From an uncultured Acidobacteriota bacterium (GTDB taxonomy: Bacteria > Actinomycetota > Acidimicrobiia > Acidimicrobiales > SHLQ01): a stretch of DNA of 64,000 bases. The stretch spans positions 4,940-68,939 of the forward strand of contig CAVTAI010000003.1 of the NCBI GenBank assembly GCA_963732655.1, written 5' to 3'. Position numbers and translations under genes: made by a program. The notes under the pieces were generated by a model. It was not told where the DNA came from. It did not search any database and saw only the letters and a program-made list of their open reading frames with translations. Positions 45,247 to 53,927 of this stretch are shown here, in pieces (position 1 is the first letter of the stretch; each line of letters opens with the position of its first letter).

Positions 45247-47481
45247 ATGTTTGGTCGTTTCGCCGCTGTCGTGGTCCGTCGCCGCCAGGTCGTCCTCGGC
45301 ATCTGGGCGCTGTTCGTCATCGTCGCCGTCGTTCTCGGTGGCCGGGTGTCGGAACGTCTCGCCGGCACGGCCCAGGGCGACCGTGATGTCGAGGCGCGAC
45401 TCGTCGAGGACCGTCTCGATGCGATGGGGGTCGGCAGCGCGGACATCGTGGGTCTGGTCGATGCTCGCTCGGACGACGGGGCCGAACCCGAAAGGACTGT
45501 GGCCGCGTTGTCGGTCGAGGTCGAGGCCGCCGTGGCGGATCTGGATGCGATGCCCGGCGTCGTCACCGTGCAGTCACCCGCATCACCAGGCACGGGGGCC
45601 CTCTTCGTCGCCTCGGATCAGACAGCGCTCCTGATCGCCGTGAGCATCGATCCCGATCTCGACGAGGACGCTACTGATGTCGTCGTCGACGCCGTGCACG
45701 ATCGCCTCGACGAGATCGACGCCCCGCGGGTGATCGTCGGTGGCGACGCCTTGCTCGATCGGGAGAGCGTCGAACAGACCGAGCGGGACCTGCAGCGGGC
45801 GGAACTGATCACCCTGCCCATCGTCGTGGTGCTGGCCATCGTCCTCTTCGGTGGGTTGGTGGCGGCCAGCCTGCCGCTGGTGATCGCCGTCGTCGCCATC
45901 CCCGGATCGCTCCTCGTGCTCCTCGGACTCTCCTACGTCACGGACCTCCAGGTCTTCGCGCTCAACGCCGCGACGATGTTGGGCCTCGGGCTTGCTGTCG
46001 ACTACGCGCTGCTCGTGGTCAGCCGGTTCCGAGACGAACGCACGACGGGTTTCGACGTCCCCACCGCCGTCGAGCGCACGGTCGTGACGGCCGGATCCAC
46101 CGTGGCGTTCTCGGGTCTCACGGTGGCCGTGGCCCTGCTCGGCTTCCTGGCGTTCGACAACGATGTGTTCCGCTCGATCGGACTGGGCGGCATCGGCGTG
46201 GTGCTCCTGGCGATGACCGCGGCCGTCACCCTGCTCCCGGCCGCGCTCGCCACGTTCGGCCACCGAATCAGGCCGCGCCGAGCGGTCGACAGCGAGGGCC
46301 ATGGTTTCGCTCGCCTGGCCCGCTTCGTTCAGCGCCGCGCCGTGGTCATCACCGCCGGGGTCACCCTGGCGTTGGTGCTGCTCGCCCAACCGTTCCTCGG
46401 CGTGCGGTTGGAGATCCCGGGTGCCGACTCGCTGCCGAAGTCGTTGGAGTCGCGGCAGTTGTTCGATCAGCTCGAGGAGCGGTTCGTCATCGGCGGCGAC
46501 AACCCGTTGGTGGTCGTGGTCGAGGCGCCGGCCGCCGGGCTGTCCGACTATCTCACCGAGGTGCAGCAGCTCGACGGGGTGTCCGGAGTTCAGGTGCGCG
46601 CTCTGCCCGGAGGCGCCGGCGACATCACCGTCATCGACGTCCTGCCGGAGGGGCCGGCCCAGGGCGCGACCGCCGAGCGAGTCGTCGAGCAGCTCCGCTC
46701 CCTCGACGCCGGCGCGCCGTCACAGGTCGGCGGTCCGGCCGCCTTCCTCATCGACCAGCGCACCTCGTTGTTCGACCGGTTGCCCCTGGCGATCGCGATC
46801 GTCACCCTGGCCAGCTTCGTCCTGCTGTTCCTGCTCACGGGCTCCGTCCTGATCCCCATCAAGGCGTTGCTCATGAACGTGCTGTCGCTCACGGCGACGT
46901 TCGGCGTGCTCGTCTGGGGGTTCCAGGACGGCCACCTCGCCGGGGTCTTGGGCTTCGACTCGACCGGTTATCTCGCCTTGTGGATGCCCTTCCTCGTCTT
47001 CTTCCTCGCCTTCGGCCTCTCCATGGACTACGAGGTCTTCCTCCTGGCTCGGATCAAGGAGGAATGGGACCGCACCGGCGACAACGATCGAGCGGTGGCG
47101 TCCGGCTTGGCCCACACCGGTCGCATCATCACGTCGGCGGCCCTGCTCATCGGCGTGGTGTTCGGAGCATTCGCGACCGGCGAGGCGGTGGAGACGAAAG
47201 CGCTCGGTGTCGGCTTGTCGCTGGCGATCCTCGTGGACGCGACCGTGGTCCGCACCCTGCTGGTCCCGGCGACGATGCGGCTGCTCGGACGCTGGAATTG
47301 GTGGGCGCCCGCCCCGTTGCGCCGGCTTCACGCCGCCATCGGGCTCCACGAAGTGTCGCTACCCGATGCCCCCGGAATCACCATCGCCGGCGGCGAGCAC
47401 GGCATCAGCGGATCCGGCCATCAGGGCTTCGACACCGGCGATGAGCACCTCGAGGCCAGCGACGAAGCGCTCCTCGTCTGA
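45247..47481 (+). CDS. MMPL-family (RND superfamily) membrane transporter
   Basis: About 745 aa. Two 6-TM bundles with large loops, and a family-typical C-terminal RLLGRWNWWAPAPLRRLH. Start at ATG 45247. Confidence 0.9.
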   Translation: MFGRFAAVVVRRRQVVLGIWALFVIVAVVLGGRVSERLAGTAQGDRDVEARLVEDRLDAMGVGSADIVGLVDARSDDGAEPERTVAALSVEVEAAVADLDAMPGVVTVQSPASPGTGALFVASDQTALLIAVSIDPDLDEDATDVVVDAVHDRLDEIDAPRVIVGGDALLDRESVEQTERDLQRAELITLPIVVVLAIVLFGGLVAASLPLVIAVVAIPGSLLVLLGLSYVTDLQVFALNAATMLGLGLAVDYALLVVSRFRDERTTGFDVPTAVERTVVTAGSTVAFSGLTVAVALLGFLAFDNDVFRSIGLGGIGVVLLAMTAAVTLLPAALATFGHRIRPRRAVDSEGHGFARLARFVQRRAVVITAGVTLALVLLAQPFLGVRLEIPGADSLPKSLESRQLFDQLEERFVIGGDNPLVVVVEAPAAGLSDYLTEVQQLDGVSGVQVRALPGGAGDITVIDVLPEGPAQGATAERVVEQLRSLDAGAPSQVGGPAAFLIDQRTSLFDRLPLAIAIVTLASFVLLFLLTGSVLIPIKALLMNVLSLTATFGVLVWGFQDGHLAGVLGFDSTGYLALWMPFLVFFLAFGLSMDYEVFLLARIKEEWDRTGDNDRAVASGLAHTGRIITSAALLIGVVFGAFATGEAVETKALGVGLSLAILVDATVVRTLLVPATMRLLGRWNWWAPAPLRRLHAAIGLHEVSLPDAPGITIAGGEHGISGSGHQGFDTGDEHLEASDEALLV

Positions 47482-48048
47482 CCAGGCCAGACACGCATCC
47501 TTGAACTCGATGACCCCCGCCAGTTCCTCGGGGACGTCGTCAGCCTGGAATCCCAACCCTTGTCGGAGCGCCTTCAGCAGGCCGAGCTCCTGCGTGACAG
47601 CACCGTGGAGCCACGAACCGGCAACCGTGAAGGCCAGCCCGGCATCGCGCGCCGACATACCCGCCGAGCGGAACGTCTCGAAGGTGAGAAAGAGCACTCT
47701 CATGCCGGCGACCCCGGTCACCGGGCGCTCGAGGCTCATCAGGAAGGCCTCGGGATGCCGGAGCGCGACCTCGCGGAATGCGTGGGCGATGCGGCGCGCC
47801 CGATCTCGCCAATCCAGATCGGAGTGGCCATCGATCTCGGCCAGGACCTCGGTATCGATCTGCTCGCTCACGAGGTCGAGCAGATCGGCCTTGCTCGATA
47901 CGTGGTTGTACAGCGACATGGCCTCGACGCCGAGCTCGGCGCCGAGTTTGCGCATGCTCAAGGCCTCGGTGCCGCTCTTGTCGATCAGGTCCACCGCCGC
48001 CAACGCGATGCGATCGCGCGTCAGAGGTTTGCGGTCGGTCCGGGCCAT
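47359..48048 (-). CDS. TetR/AcrR-family transcriptional regulator
   Basis: Start at ATG 48048 (MARTDRKPLTRDRIALAAVDLIDKSGTEALSMRKLGAELGVEAMSLYNHV is a TetR HTH). The rest of the track's 562-aa ORF is upstream read-through. Confidence 0.88.
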   Translation of the reverse strand: MARTDRKPLTRDRIALAAVDLIDKSGTEALSMRKLGAELGVEAMSLYNHVSSKADLLDLVSEQIDTEVLAEIDGHSDLDWRDRARRIAHAFREVALRHPEAFLMSLERPVTGVAGMRVLFLTFETFRSAGMSARDAGLAFTVAGSWLHGAVTQELGLLKALRQGLGFQADDVPEELAGVIEFKDACLAWSDEERFVAGLEVLIAGVEALMAGSADAVLAAGDGDSGGIG

Positions 48049-48117
48049 GGGGAGAGCGTACCGGCCCCCCGCTGCGCCAGCCGTTGACTCCGGATCAGGG
48101 TTGTAAGGTCGTCGTCG

Positions 48118-49089
48118 ATGAGAACCGGCATCTACTTCGACATGCGTAACCCCGCTCCCTGGGCTCGGCCCTGGGACCGCTTCTACGCCGACACCCTGAG
48201 CCTCATCGAACGGGCCGAGGCCTGGGGCATCGATTCGGTGTGGTTCAGCGAGCACCACTTGTTCGAGGACGGCTACCTGCCGCAGCCCCTCACCATGGCC
48301 GCGGCGGCCGCCGCCCGCACCACGAGAGTCCGGCTCGGCACAGCCATCCTCGTCGCCCCGTTCCGGCGGGCGATCCAGATCGCCGAGGAGGCCGCGGTCG
48401 TCGACCTCATCTCCGGCGGACGCCTGGATCTCGGCCTCGGTGCCGGGTACGTGAACTGGGAGTTCGAGCTGTTCGGTGCCGACGCCTCCCACCGCTACGG
48501 AACGACCGATCAGATCGTGCTCGAACTGCGGGACATGCTCGGACCGCAAGGTTCGGTGACCCCGCCGCCCGTCCAGCGGCCCATCCCGATCTGGATGGGA
48601 TATCAGGGCCCTCAGGGCGCAGGGCGAGTGGGTCGGCTCGGCGCCGGCCTGTTGACCGTCAACCGTGAGTTGCTGGAGCCGTATCGTCAGGGGCTCGAAG
48701 CGGGCGGCCACGATCCGGCCACGGCTCGTATGGCCGGACTGGTGAACCTCGTCGTCGCCGACGATCCCGACGAAGCGTTCGAGCAGATCCTCCCGCACCT
48801 GGCGTTCCAGCTGAACACGTACCGCAGGGGCGCGGCGGACGGCAGCGGGCGCACCCCGAGCGAGGTCACCGTCGAGAAACTCCGCCAGAGCCACCGCGAC
48901 CACACCAACGTGCTCCAGCCGGTCAACGTGCTCGCCCCGGACGATGCCATCACGTTCCTCCGAGAGCACACCGCCGGGCTGCCGGTGCACGAGGTCTACT
49001 GCTGGGCGAGCATCGCCGGGATGCCCGACGAGCTGGTGCATCGCCACGTCGAGCTGCTGGCCACGGTCGTGCGGCCGGCCCTGGCCTGA
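48118..49089 (+). CDS. LLM-class flavin/F420-dependent oxidoreductase
   Basis: IDSVWFSEHHLFEDGY..., GGRLDLGLGAGY... are typical luciferase-like motifs. Divergent from the TetR gene. Confidence 0.85.
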   Translation: MRTGIYFDMRNPAPWARPWDRFYADTLSLIERAEAWGIDSVWFSEHHLFEDGYLPQPLTMAAAAAARTTRVRLGTAILVAPFRRAIQIAEEAAVVDLISGGRLDLGLGAGYVNWEFELFGADASHRYGTTDQIVLELRDMLGPQGSVTPPPVQRPIPIWMGYQGPQGAGRVGRLGAGLLTVNRELLEPYRQGLEAGGHDPATARMAGLVNLVVADDPDEAFEQILPHLAFQLNTYRRGAADGSGRTPSEVTVEKLRQSHRDHTNVLQPVNVLAPDDAITFLREHTAGLPVHEVYCWASIAGMPDELVHRHVELLATVVRPALA

Positions 49090-49090
49090 A

Positions 49091-50506
49091 TCAGAGGGCG
49101 GCGACGATGAGCTCCCACAGCTGTTCGACGTGGCGAGCCTGGGTCGTGCTGGAGCCGATCGACACCCGGATGAACCGGGTCTCGCCGACCGTCGACGGAG
49201 TGACGTACACCTGACCCGAGTTGTTGAGCTCGCGGGCCAGGGTGTCGGTGCGCTCGTTGCCGCCGCGGTGACGGAACGACACCAGGGCGAAGGGCGTGGG
49301 CGCGACCAGGACGAGGTCGGGCTCGGCGTCGATCCGGGTGGTGAGCTCCTGGGCCCACGCCACGTGCTGGCGGATGTAGGCCCGGAGCCCGTCGGCGCCG
49401 TAGGAACGCAGCACGAACCACAGCTTGAGAGCTCGGAAGCGCCGCCCGAGCGGCACGTGCCAGTCCCGGTAGTCGATCACCTGGCCGGTCTCGCTGGTTG
49501 TGTCGCGCAGGTACGGCGGCAAGATGCCGAGCGTCTGGATCAGGGGCCGGCGGTCGGCCACCCAGAAGACGGAGCAGTCGAAGTTGGTGAGCAACCACTT
49601 GTGGGGGTTGAAGGTGTAGCTGTCGGCGAGCTCGAGCCCGTCCTGGTGGTGGCGGAACTCGGGGCAGATCATCGCCGAGCCCGCATACGCGGCGTCGACG
49701 TGGTGCCACATGTCCTCGCGGCGGGCGATCGTCCCGATGGCCCGGAGCGGGTCGATGGCGGTCGTGCCGGTGGTCCCGATCGCCGTGCCCACGAACGCCG
49801 GGACGAGCCCGGCGGCGCGGTCGGCCGTGACCGCGTCGGCGAGCGCCTGCGGCCGAAGCGCAAAGGATGCGTCGGTGTCGATCTGGTGCAGGTTCCGATA
49901 GCCGGCGACGCGGGCGCCCTTCTCGATAGAAGAGTGGGCCTGCTGCGACGAGTAGGCCACGAGTCGGTCCAGAGGTGTGTCCGGATACCGACGCATCGCC
50001 TCCTCTCGGGCGACCACCAGGGCGGTGTGGGTGGAATCGGAGGCACTCGACTGGAGGACACCTCCCCCCGGACCAGAGTCGTTGCGCCACGAGGTGGGGA
50101 CACCACACAGCTCGACCAGCCAGTCGAGGACGGTCGACTCGATCTCGGTGCAGGCCGGGCTGGTGGACCACAACATGCCCTGCACCCCGAGCCCGGCGGC
50201 GGCCATCTCGCCGAGGATGGAGGCCGGCGAGGAGTTGGCCGGGAAGTAGGCGAACCATCCGGGATGCTGCCAGTGAGTGATCCCATCCATGACGACTCGG
50301 TCGAGGTCGCCCAGGATGTCCTCGAAGGACTCGCCTCGTTCGGGCGCAGTCGGCGGTATCCGGGCCCGGATCTCCCCCGGTGCCACGGTCGACAGGACGG
50401 GCCGGTCGCCGACGCCGGCCAGGTAGTCGGCGATCCAATCGACGAGCGCGTGGCCGTGACGACGGAAGTCGTCCGGACTCAGATGGGGTATCGCGTCGTC
50501 GTCCAC
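49091..50506 (-). CDS. Pyridoxal-phosphate-dependent group II (aromatic-L-amino-acid type) decarboxylase
   Basis: GITHWQHPGWFAYFP..., the PLP-lysine motif SYTFNPHKWLL, DYRDWHVPLGRRFRALKLW. Start placed at GTG 50506 (GGGAG upstream) so that it does not overlap the upstream SDR gene. Confidence 0.9.
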   Translation of the reverse strand: MDDDAIPHLSPDDFRRHGHALVDWIADYLAGVGDRPVLSTVAPGEIRARIPPTAPERGESFEDILGDLDRVVMDGITHWQHPGWFAYFPANSSPASILGEMAAAGLGVQGMLWSTSPACTEIESTVLDWLVELCGVPTSWRNDSGPGGGVLQSSASDSTHTALVVAREEAMRRYPDTPLDRLVAYSSQQAHSSIEKGARVAGYRNLHQIDTDASFALRPQALADAVTADRAAGLVPAFVGTAIGTTGTTAIDPLRAIGTIARREDMWHHVDAAYAGSAMICPEFRHHQDGLELADSYTFNPHKWLLTNFDCSVFWVADRRPLIQTLGILPPYLRDTTSETGQVIDYRDWHVPLGRRFRALKLWFVLRSYGADGLRAYIRQHVAWAQELTTRIDAEPDLVLVAPTPFALVSFRHRGGNERTDTLARELNNSGQVYVTPSTVGETRFIRVSIGSSTTQARHVEQLWELIVAAL

Positions 50507-50510
50507 GTCG

Positions 50511-51422
50511 TCAGCTCCCGAGGAGGTGCACCGCCTCCGCATCGATCTCGTCGAGGGTCCACGGAGGATTGGTGGCGTGATGCCCACGGTAGATGGCGGC
50601 GGAATCGGACATGTGGGTCCACCGGCTGATCCGGCCTCCGCTGGCGCCGAACACCTCTGCGGTGACCCCGTCGGCGGCCGCGGAGCAGAGCCACGCCACG
50701 ATGGGGGCGACGTGGGACGGGGGCGGTGTATCGAGGTACCGCTGCCAGTCACCCTCGGTCAGCAATCCCGACTTCCACCCTTCCTCGAAATGGGGGCGGG
50801 CGACCGCGTGCAGGCGGGTGTTGGCCCCCGGGGCGAGGCAATTGGCGGTGACGCCAGTGCCGGCGAACTCATGGGCGATCGCCTTGGTGAGGGACACGAC
50901 CCCGCCGAACGCCGCCGCGCCCGCAGGGAGGCCGTAGTTGCCACGAGACACATCGGAGGTGGTGGTCACAAGTCGCCCCCACCCTCGTTCCGCCATCGCC
51001 GGAAGCGCCGCCTGGGCCAGCCACAGCTTCTGCGACAGCACGAGGTCGAGCAGGCGATGCCAGGTGTCGGGTTCGATGGCCAACGAACCGTCGAAGATGG
51101 CGCCCGCGCACCCCACGACGATGTCGAGCTGACCGAACGTCTCGACGGCCTGATCGACCGCACTGCGGCACCCGTCCGCGGTGGCCACCGAGTCGTGGTT
51201 GGCCGCCGCCCGACCCCCGGCGTCGGTGATGGTCGACGCCGTGACCGAGGCCGCGCGGGCATCCGCCCCGGTCGCGAACTCGTCGGTGCCCAGGTCGTTG
51301 ACCACGACCGCCGCACCCTCCGCAGCCAGGGCCAGAGCGCACGCCTGGCCGATCCCGTTCCCGGCGCCGGTCACCAGCGCCACCCGGCCGTCGAGCCGCG
51401 GCGTGCCGTCCAGTCGTCCCAT
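50511..51422 (-). CDS. SDR-family oxidoreductase (303 aa)
   Basis: TGAGNGIG cofactor motif and a Rossmann-fold pattern. The C-terminal extension is longer than in classical SDRs. Confidence 0.85.
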   Translation of the reverse strand: MGRLDGTPRLDGRVALVTGAGNGIGQACALALAAEGAAVVVNDLGTDEFATGADARAASVTASTITDAGGRAAANHDSVATADGCRSAVDQAVETFGQLDIVVGCAGAIFDGSLAIEPDTWHRLLDLVLSQKLWLAQAALPAMAERGWGRLVTTTSDVSRGNYGLPAGAAAFGGVVSLTKAIAHEFAGTGVTANCLAPGANTRLHAVARPHFEEGWKSGLLTEGDWQRYLDTPPPSHVAPIVAWLCSAAADGVTAEVFGASGGRISRWTHMSDSAAIYRGHHATNPPWTLDEIDAEAVHLLGS

Positions 51423-51494
51423 GCCGTGACCCTAGTTGCTCAACCGAACCCGCCGCCCCCTGCCCCTCCGCCCGGTCCTGGGTTCGTTCTGGTT

Positions 51495-51546
51495 CGTTCT
51501 GGCAGGGAGATCGCACGCTGGAGCGTGCGATCTCCCTGCCAGAACG
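51495..51546. repeat. Palindromic intergenic element, copy 2 (25-bp perfect arms, 2-nt centre)
   Basis: CGTTCTGGCAGGGAGATCGCACGCT (51495..51519) pairs with AGCGTGCGATCTCCCTGCCAGAACG (51522..51546). Preceded by a tandem GGTTCGTTCT x2 (51481..51500). Confidence 0.8.
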
Positions 51547-51553
51547 GATCGGA

Positions 51554-51594
51554 GGGGGCGGTGGGAAGCGAGGCGGGGGAGGGCTTCGGCGGGG
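51554..51594 (+). other. G-run tract (potential G-quadruplex) upstream of cysH
   Basis: GGGGGcggtGGGaagcgaggcGGGGGaGGGcttcggcGGGG. It shares the 12-mer GGGGGCGGTGGG with the tract at 22462..22473. Confidence 0.45.
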
Positions 51595-51691
51595 CGTTTT
51601 CACGGTGATTCGGGAACGGGGTTGCGGGATTCCCGATAAATCCGATAAAACAGATCAGGTATCTGGCGATTGACCCGATGCGAACCTCATC

Positions 51692-52402
51692 ATGACCCTC
51701 ACCGACCTTCCCCCCACCGCCGCTCCGGTCGAGATCCGCAGCGCCGGCCCTCGCATCCGTCTGGATGTCGACAGTCTGGCGCGCCGGTTGGAGACCTGGT
51801 CCGCCGAGTCCATCGTGGAGTGGGCGGTGGCGACCTTCGGAACCCGGTTGTGTGTGACGGCGTCGATGGCCGACACCGTCCTGGTTCACCTGGCGTCGCG
51901 GGTCGATCCCGACATCGAGGTCGTCTTCCTCGACACCGGCTTCCACTTCTCCGAGACCCTCCAGACCGTCCGGCAGGCTCAGAGCCGGTATCGCCTCAAC
52001 CTCCGGGTCGAGCGGCCCGAACCCACGGCCCCGGATCTCTTCGAGGTCGGGACGGAGGGATGCTGCGCCGCTCGCAAGATCGCCCTGCTCGATCGCGCCC
52101 TCCAGAACCACGACGCCTGGATGTCGGGTTTGCGGCGAGCTGACAGCGAGAGTCGTGCGGGCACACCGGTCGTCGCCGTCGACAAACGAGGTCTGCTCAA
52201 GATCAGCCCGCTCGCCACCTGGACCGACTTCGACGTCCAGAGCTACATCGCCGCCAACGATGTCGTCGTCAACCCTCTGATCGCCGATGGATACCCGTCG
52301 ATCGGTTGCTGGCCCTGCACCGAGCGAGTCGAGAGTGGCGCCGATGCCCGCTCGGGCCGTTGGGTGGGGACCGGCAAGACCGAGTGCGGTCTCCATCTCT
52401 GA
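51692..52402 (+). CDS. cysH: Adenylyl-sulfate / phosphoadenylyl-sulfate reductase (thioredoxin-dependent; Fe-S-type Cys motifs present)
   Basis: FLDTGFHFSET, CCAARK, SIGCWPCT and the C-terminal KTECGLH motif. Confidence 0.9.
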   Translation: MTLTDLPPTAAPVEIRSAGPRIRLDVDSLARRLETWSAESIVEWAVATFGTRLCVTASMADTVLVHLASRVDPDIEVVFLDTGFHFSETLQTVRQAQSRYRLNLRVERPEPTAPDLFEVGTEGCCAARKIALLDRALQNHDAWMSGLRRADSESRAGTPVVAVDKRGLLKISPLATWTDFDVQSYIAANDVVVNPLIADGYPSIGCWPCTERVESGADARSGRWVGTGKTECGLHL

Positions 52403-52409
52403 GCCGGCC

Positions 52410-53153
52410 ATGACCGCTCGCACTGATGCCGCCCAGGGGTTGGCCGTCTACCCCGTCAACCTGCTTTTGACCGGCGCCCCGTGCCTCGTCGTCGGGGGTG
52501 GGCACGTCGCCGCTCGTAAGGTGTCGGGATTGCTCGATGCCGGGGCCGCCGTCACCGTCGTGGCGCCGGAGGCAGTCAGCGACATCCGTGACCATCCGCT
52601 CGTGCGCTGGCACCAGCGCGACTACCAACGCGGCGAGGTCGCCTCGTACCGGCTGGCCATCACCGCCACCGGCGACGACGAGGTCGATGCCCAGGTGCAC
52701 CGTGATGCTGCCGCCACCGGAGTCCCCGTCAACAGCGCCGATGATCCTGATCGCTGCACCTTCATCCTCCCGGCCGTGGTGAGCCGAGGCGACGTGCAGC
52801 TCACCGTTTCCACCGGTGGCCGCAGCCCGGCGTTCGCTTCATGGCTTCGGCGGGAGGTCGAGCAGTGGCTCGACGATGGCCCGCTCCCCACGTTCGATCT
52901 GCTGTCGGAGGTTCGAGCCCAGATGAAAGCCGCCGGGCTGGCGACGGAACGCCCCGGTTGGCACGAAGCGCTCGATGATGGCCTCCCGGTGCTCATGGCC
53001 CGCGGCAACGTCACGGCCGCCCGTGCCCTGCTCCTCCGTCACCTCGGGTTGGCCGAGGCCGACCTCGTGTCGGCCGACCCGGCTGGTACCGAGGCCGACC
53101 TCGTGTCGGCCGACCCGGTGGGTACCGAGGCCGACCTCGGGGTGGCGCCGTGA
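52410..53153 (+). CDS. Precorrin-2 dehydrogenase / sirohydrochlorin ferrochelatase (siroheme synthase N-terminal-domain type, SirC/Met8-like)
   Basis: Start at ATG 52410. NAD-binding motif VVGGGHVAARK and the family pattern ...NSADDPDRCTFILPAVV.... Repeat-containing C-terminal tail. Confidence 0.8.
   Translation: MTARTDAAQGLAVYPVNLLLTGAPCLVVGGGHVAARKVSGLLDAGAAVTVVAPEAVSDIRDHPLVRWHQRDYQRGEVASYRLAITATGDDEVDAQVHRDAAATGVPVNSADDPDRCTFILPAVVSRGDVQLTVSTGGRSPAFASWLRREVEQWLDDGPLPTFDLLSEVRAQMKAAGLATERPGWHEALDDGLPVLMARGNVTAARALLLRHLGLAEADLVSADPAGTEADLVSADPVGTEADLGVAP
53055..53140 (+). repeat. 36-bp in-frame tandem repeat, about 2.4 copies, encoding EADLVSADP(A/V)GT
   Basis: Units at 53055..53090 and 53091..53126 differ at 2 positions. 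A partial third unit lies at 53127..53140. Confidence 0.85.
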
Positions 53154-53902
53154 CCGTTCACCTGGTCGGCGCCGGCCCGGGCGACCCCGGGCTGCTCACC
53201 CTCCGCGGCGCTGATCTCATCCGCCGCGCCGATGTCATCGTCCACGATCGCCTGGTCGGGGCGGAGATCTTGTCGATGGCCCCACCGTGGGCCGAGCTCA
53301 TCGATGTCGGCAAGGTTCCCGGGCGGCACCGGGTCACGCAGTCCGACATCAACGAGATCCTCGTGGACCGTGGCCATCGGTACGAGTGCGTCGTTCGCCT
53401 CAAGGGTGGCGATCCGTTCGTCTTCGGCCGAGGGGCCGAGGAGATCGACACCCTCCACGCCGAGGGCATTCAGACCGAGCTCGTCCCGGGCGTCTCCTCC
53501 GCGGTGGCGGCGCCCGCGGCCGCCGGAATCCCCGTCACCTCCCGGACGGAGTCCAGTGGGTTCACCGTGGTGACCGCCCACCAGGACCCGACCCGGGATC
53601 GCTCGCTCGATTGGGACGCGCTGGCTCGTCTCGGGACGACCCTCGTGATCCTCATGGGAGCAGCTCGGTGTCGCCGGATCGCCGACCGCCTCCTCGAGGC
53701 CGGCATGGACCCCGACACACCCGCCGCGGTCGTCACCGACGCCACCGGGCCGGACCAACGCGAGTGGCGTGGCCCGCTTCGCGAGCTCGGGCTCGTGCCC
53801 GTCCCGAACCCCTCGGTCATCGTGGTCGGCGCCGTCGCCGCGCTCGATCTCCGCTCTGTCGCCCCGGTGCTGTCCGGCTCCACTCGGCCGGAAGTCGCCT
53901 GA
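53150..53902 (+). CDS. cobA: Uroporphyrinogen-III C-methyltransferase (SUMT)
   Basis: VHLVGAGPGDPGLLTLRG..., VVRLKGGDPFVFGRG..., VPGVSSA... are canonical motifs. GTGA overlap with the upstream gene. Confidence 0.9.
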   Translation: MTVHLVGAGPGDPGLLTLRGADLIRRADVIVHDRLVGAEILSMAPPWAELIDVGKVPGRHRVTQSDINEILVDRGHRYECVVRLKGGDPFVFGRGAEEIDTLHAEGIQTELVPGVSSAVAAPAAAGIPVTSRTESSGFTVVTAHQDPTRDRSLDWDALARLGTTLVILMGAARCRRIADRLLEAGMDPDTPAAVVTDATGPDQREWRGPLRELGLVPVPNPSVIVVGAVAALDLRSVAPVLSGSTRPEVA

Positions 53903-53927
53903 AATATCCCCGGCCGAGGAGGCCCCG

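Noticed and set aside
47359-49047. 562-aa minus-strand ORF suggesting a large fusion protein
   Set aside because: Only the last 229 codons (from ATG 48048) form a TetR-family protein. The upstream portion is antisense to the well-supported LLM oxidoreductase gene (48118..49089) and looks like shadow sequence.
49091-50752. 553-aa version of the decarboxylase, with an 82-aa N-terminal extension
   Set aside because: The extension would overlap the 3' end of the upstream SDR gene by about 240 nt and is Pro/Ser/Arg-rich. A GTG at 50506 with GGGAG upstream gives a normal ~471-aa group II decarboxylase.
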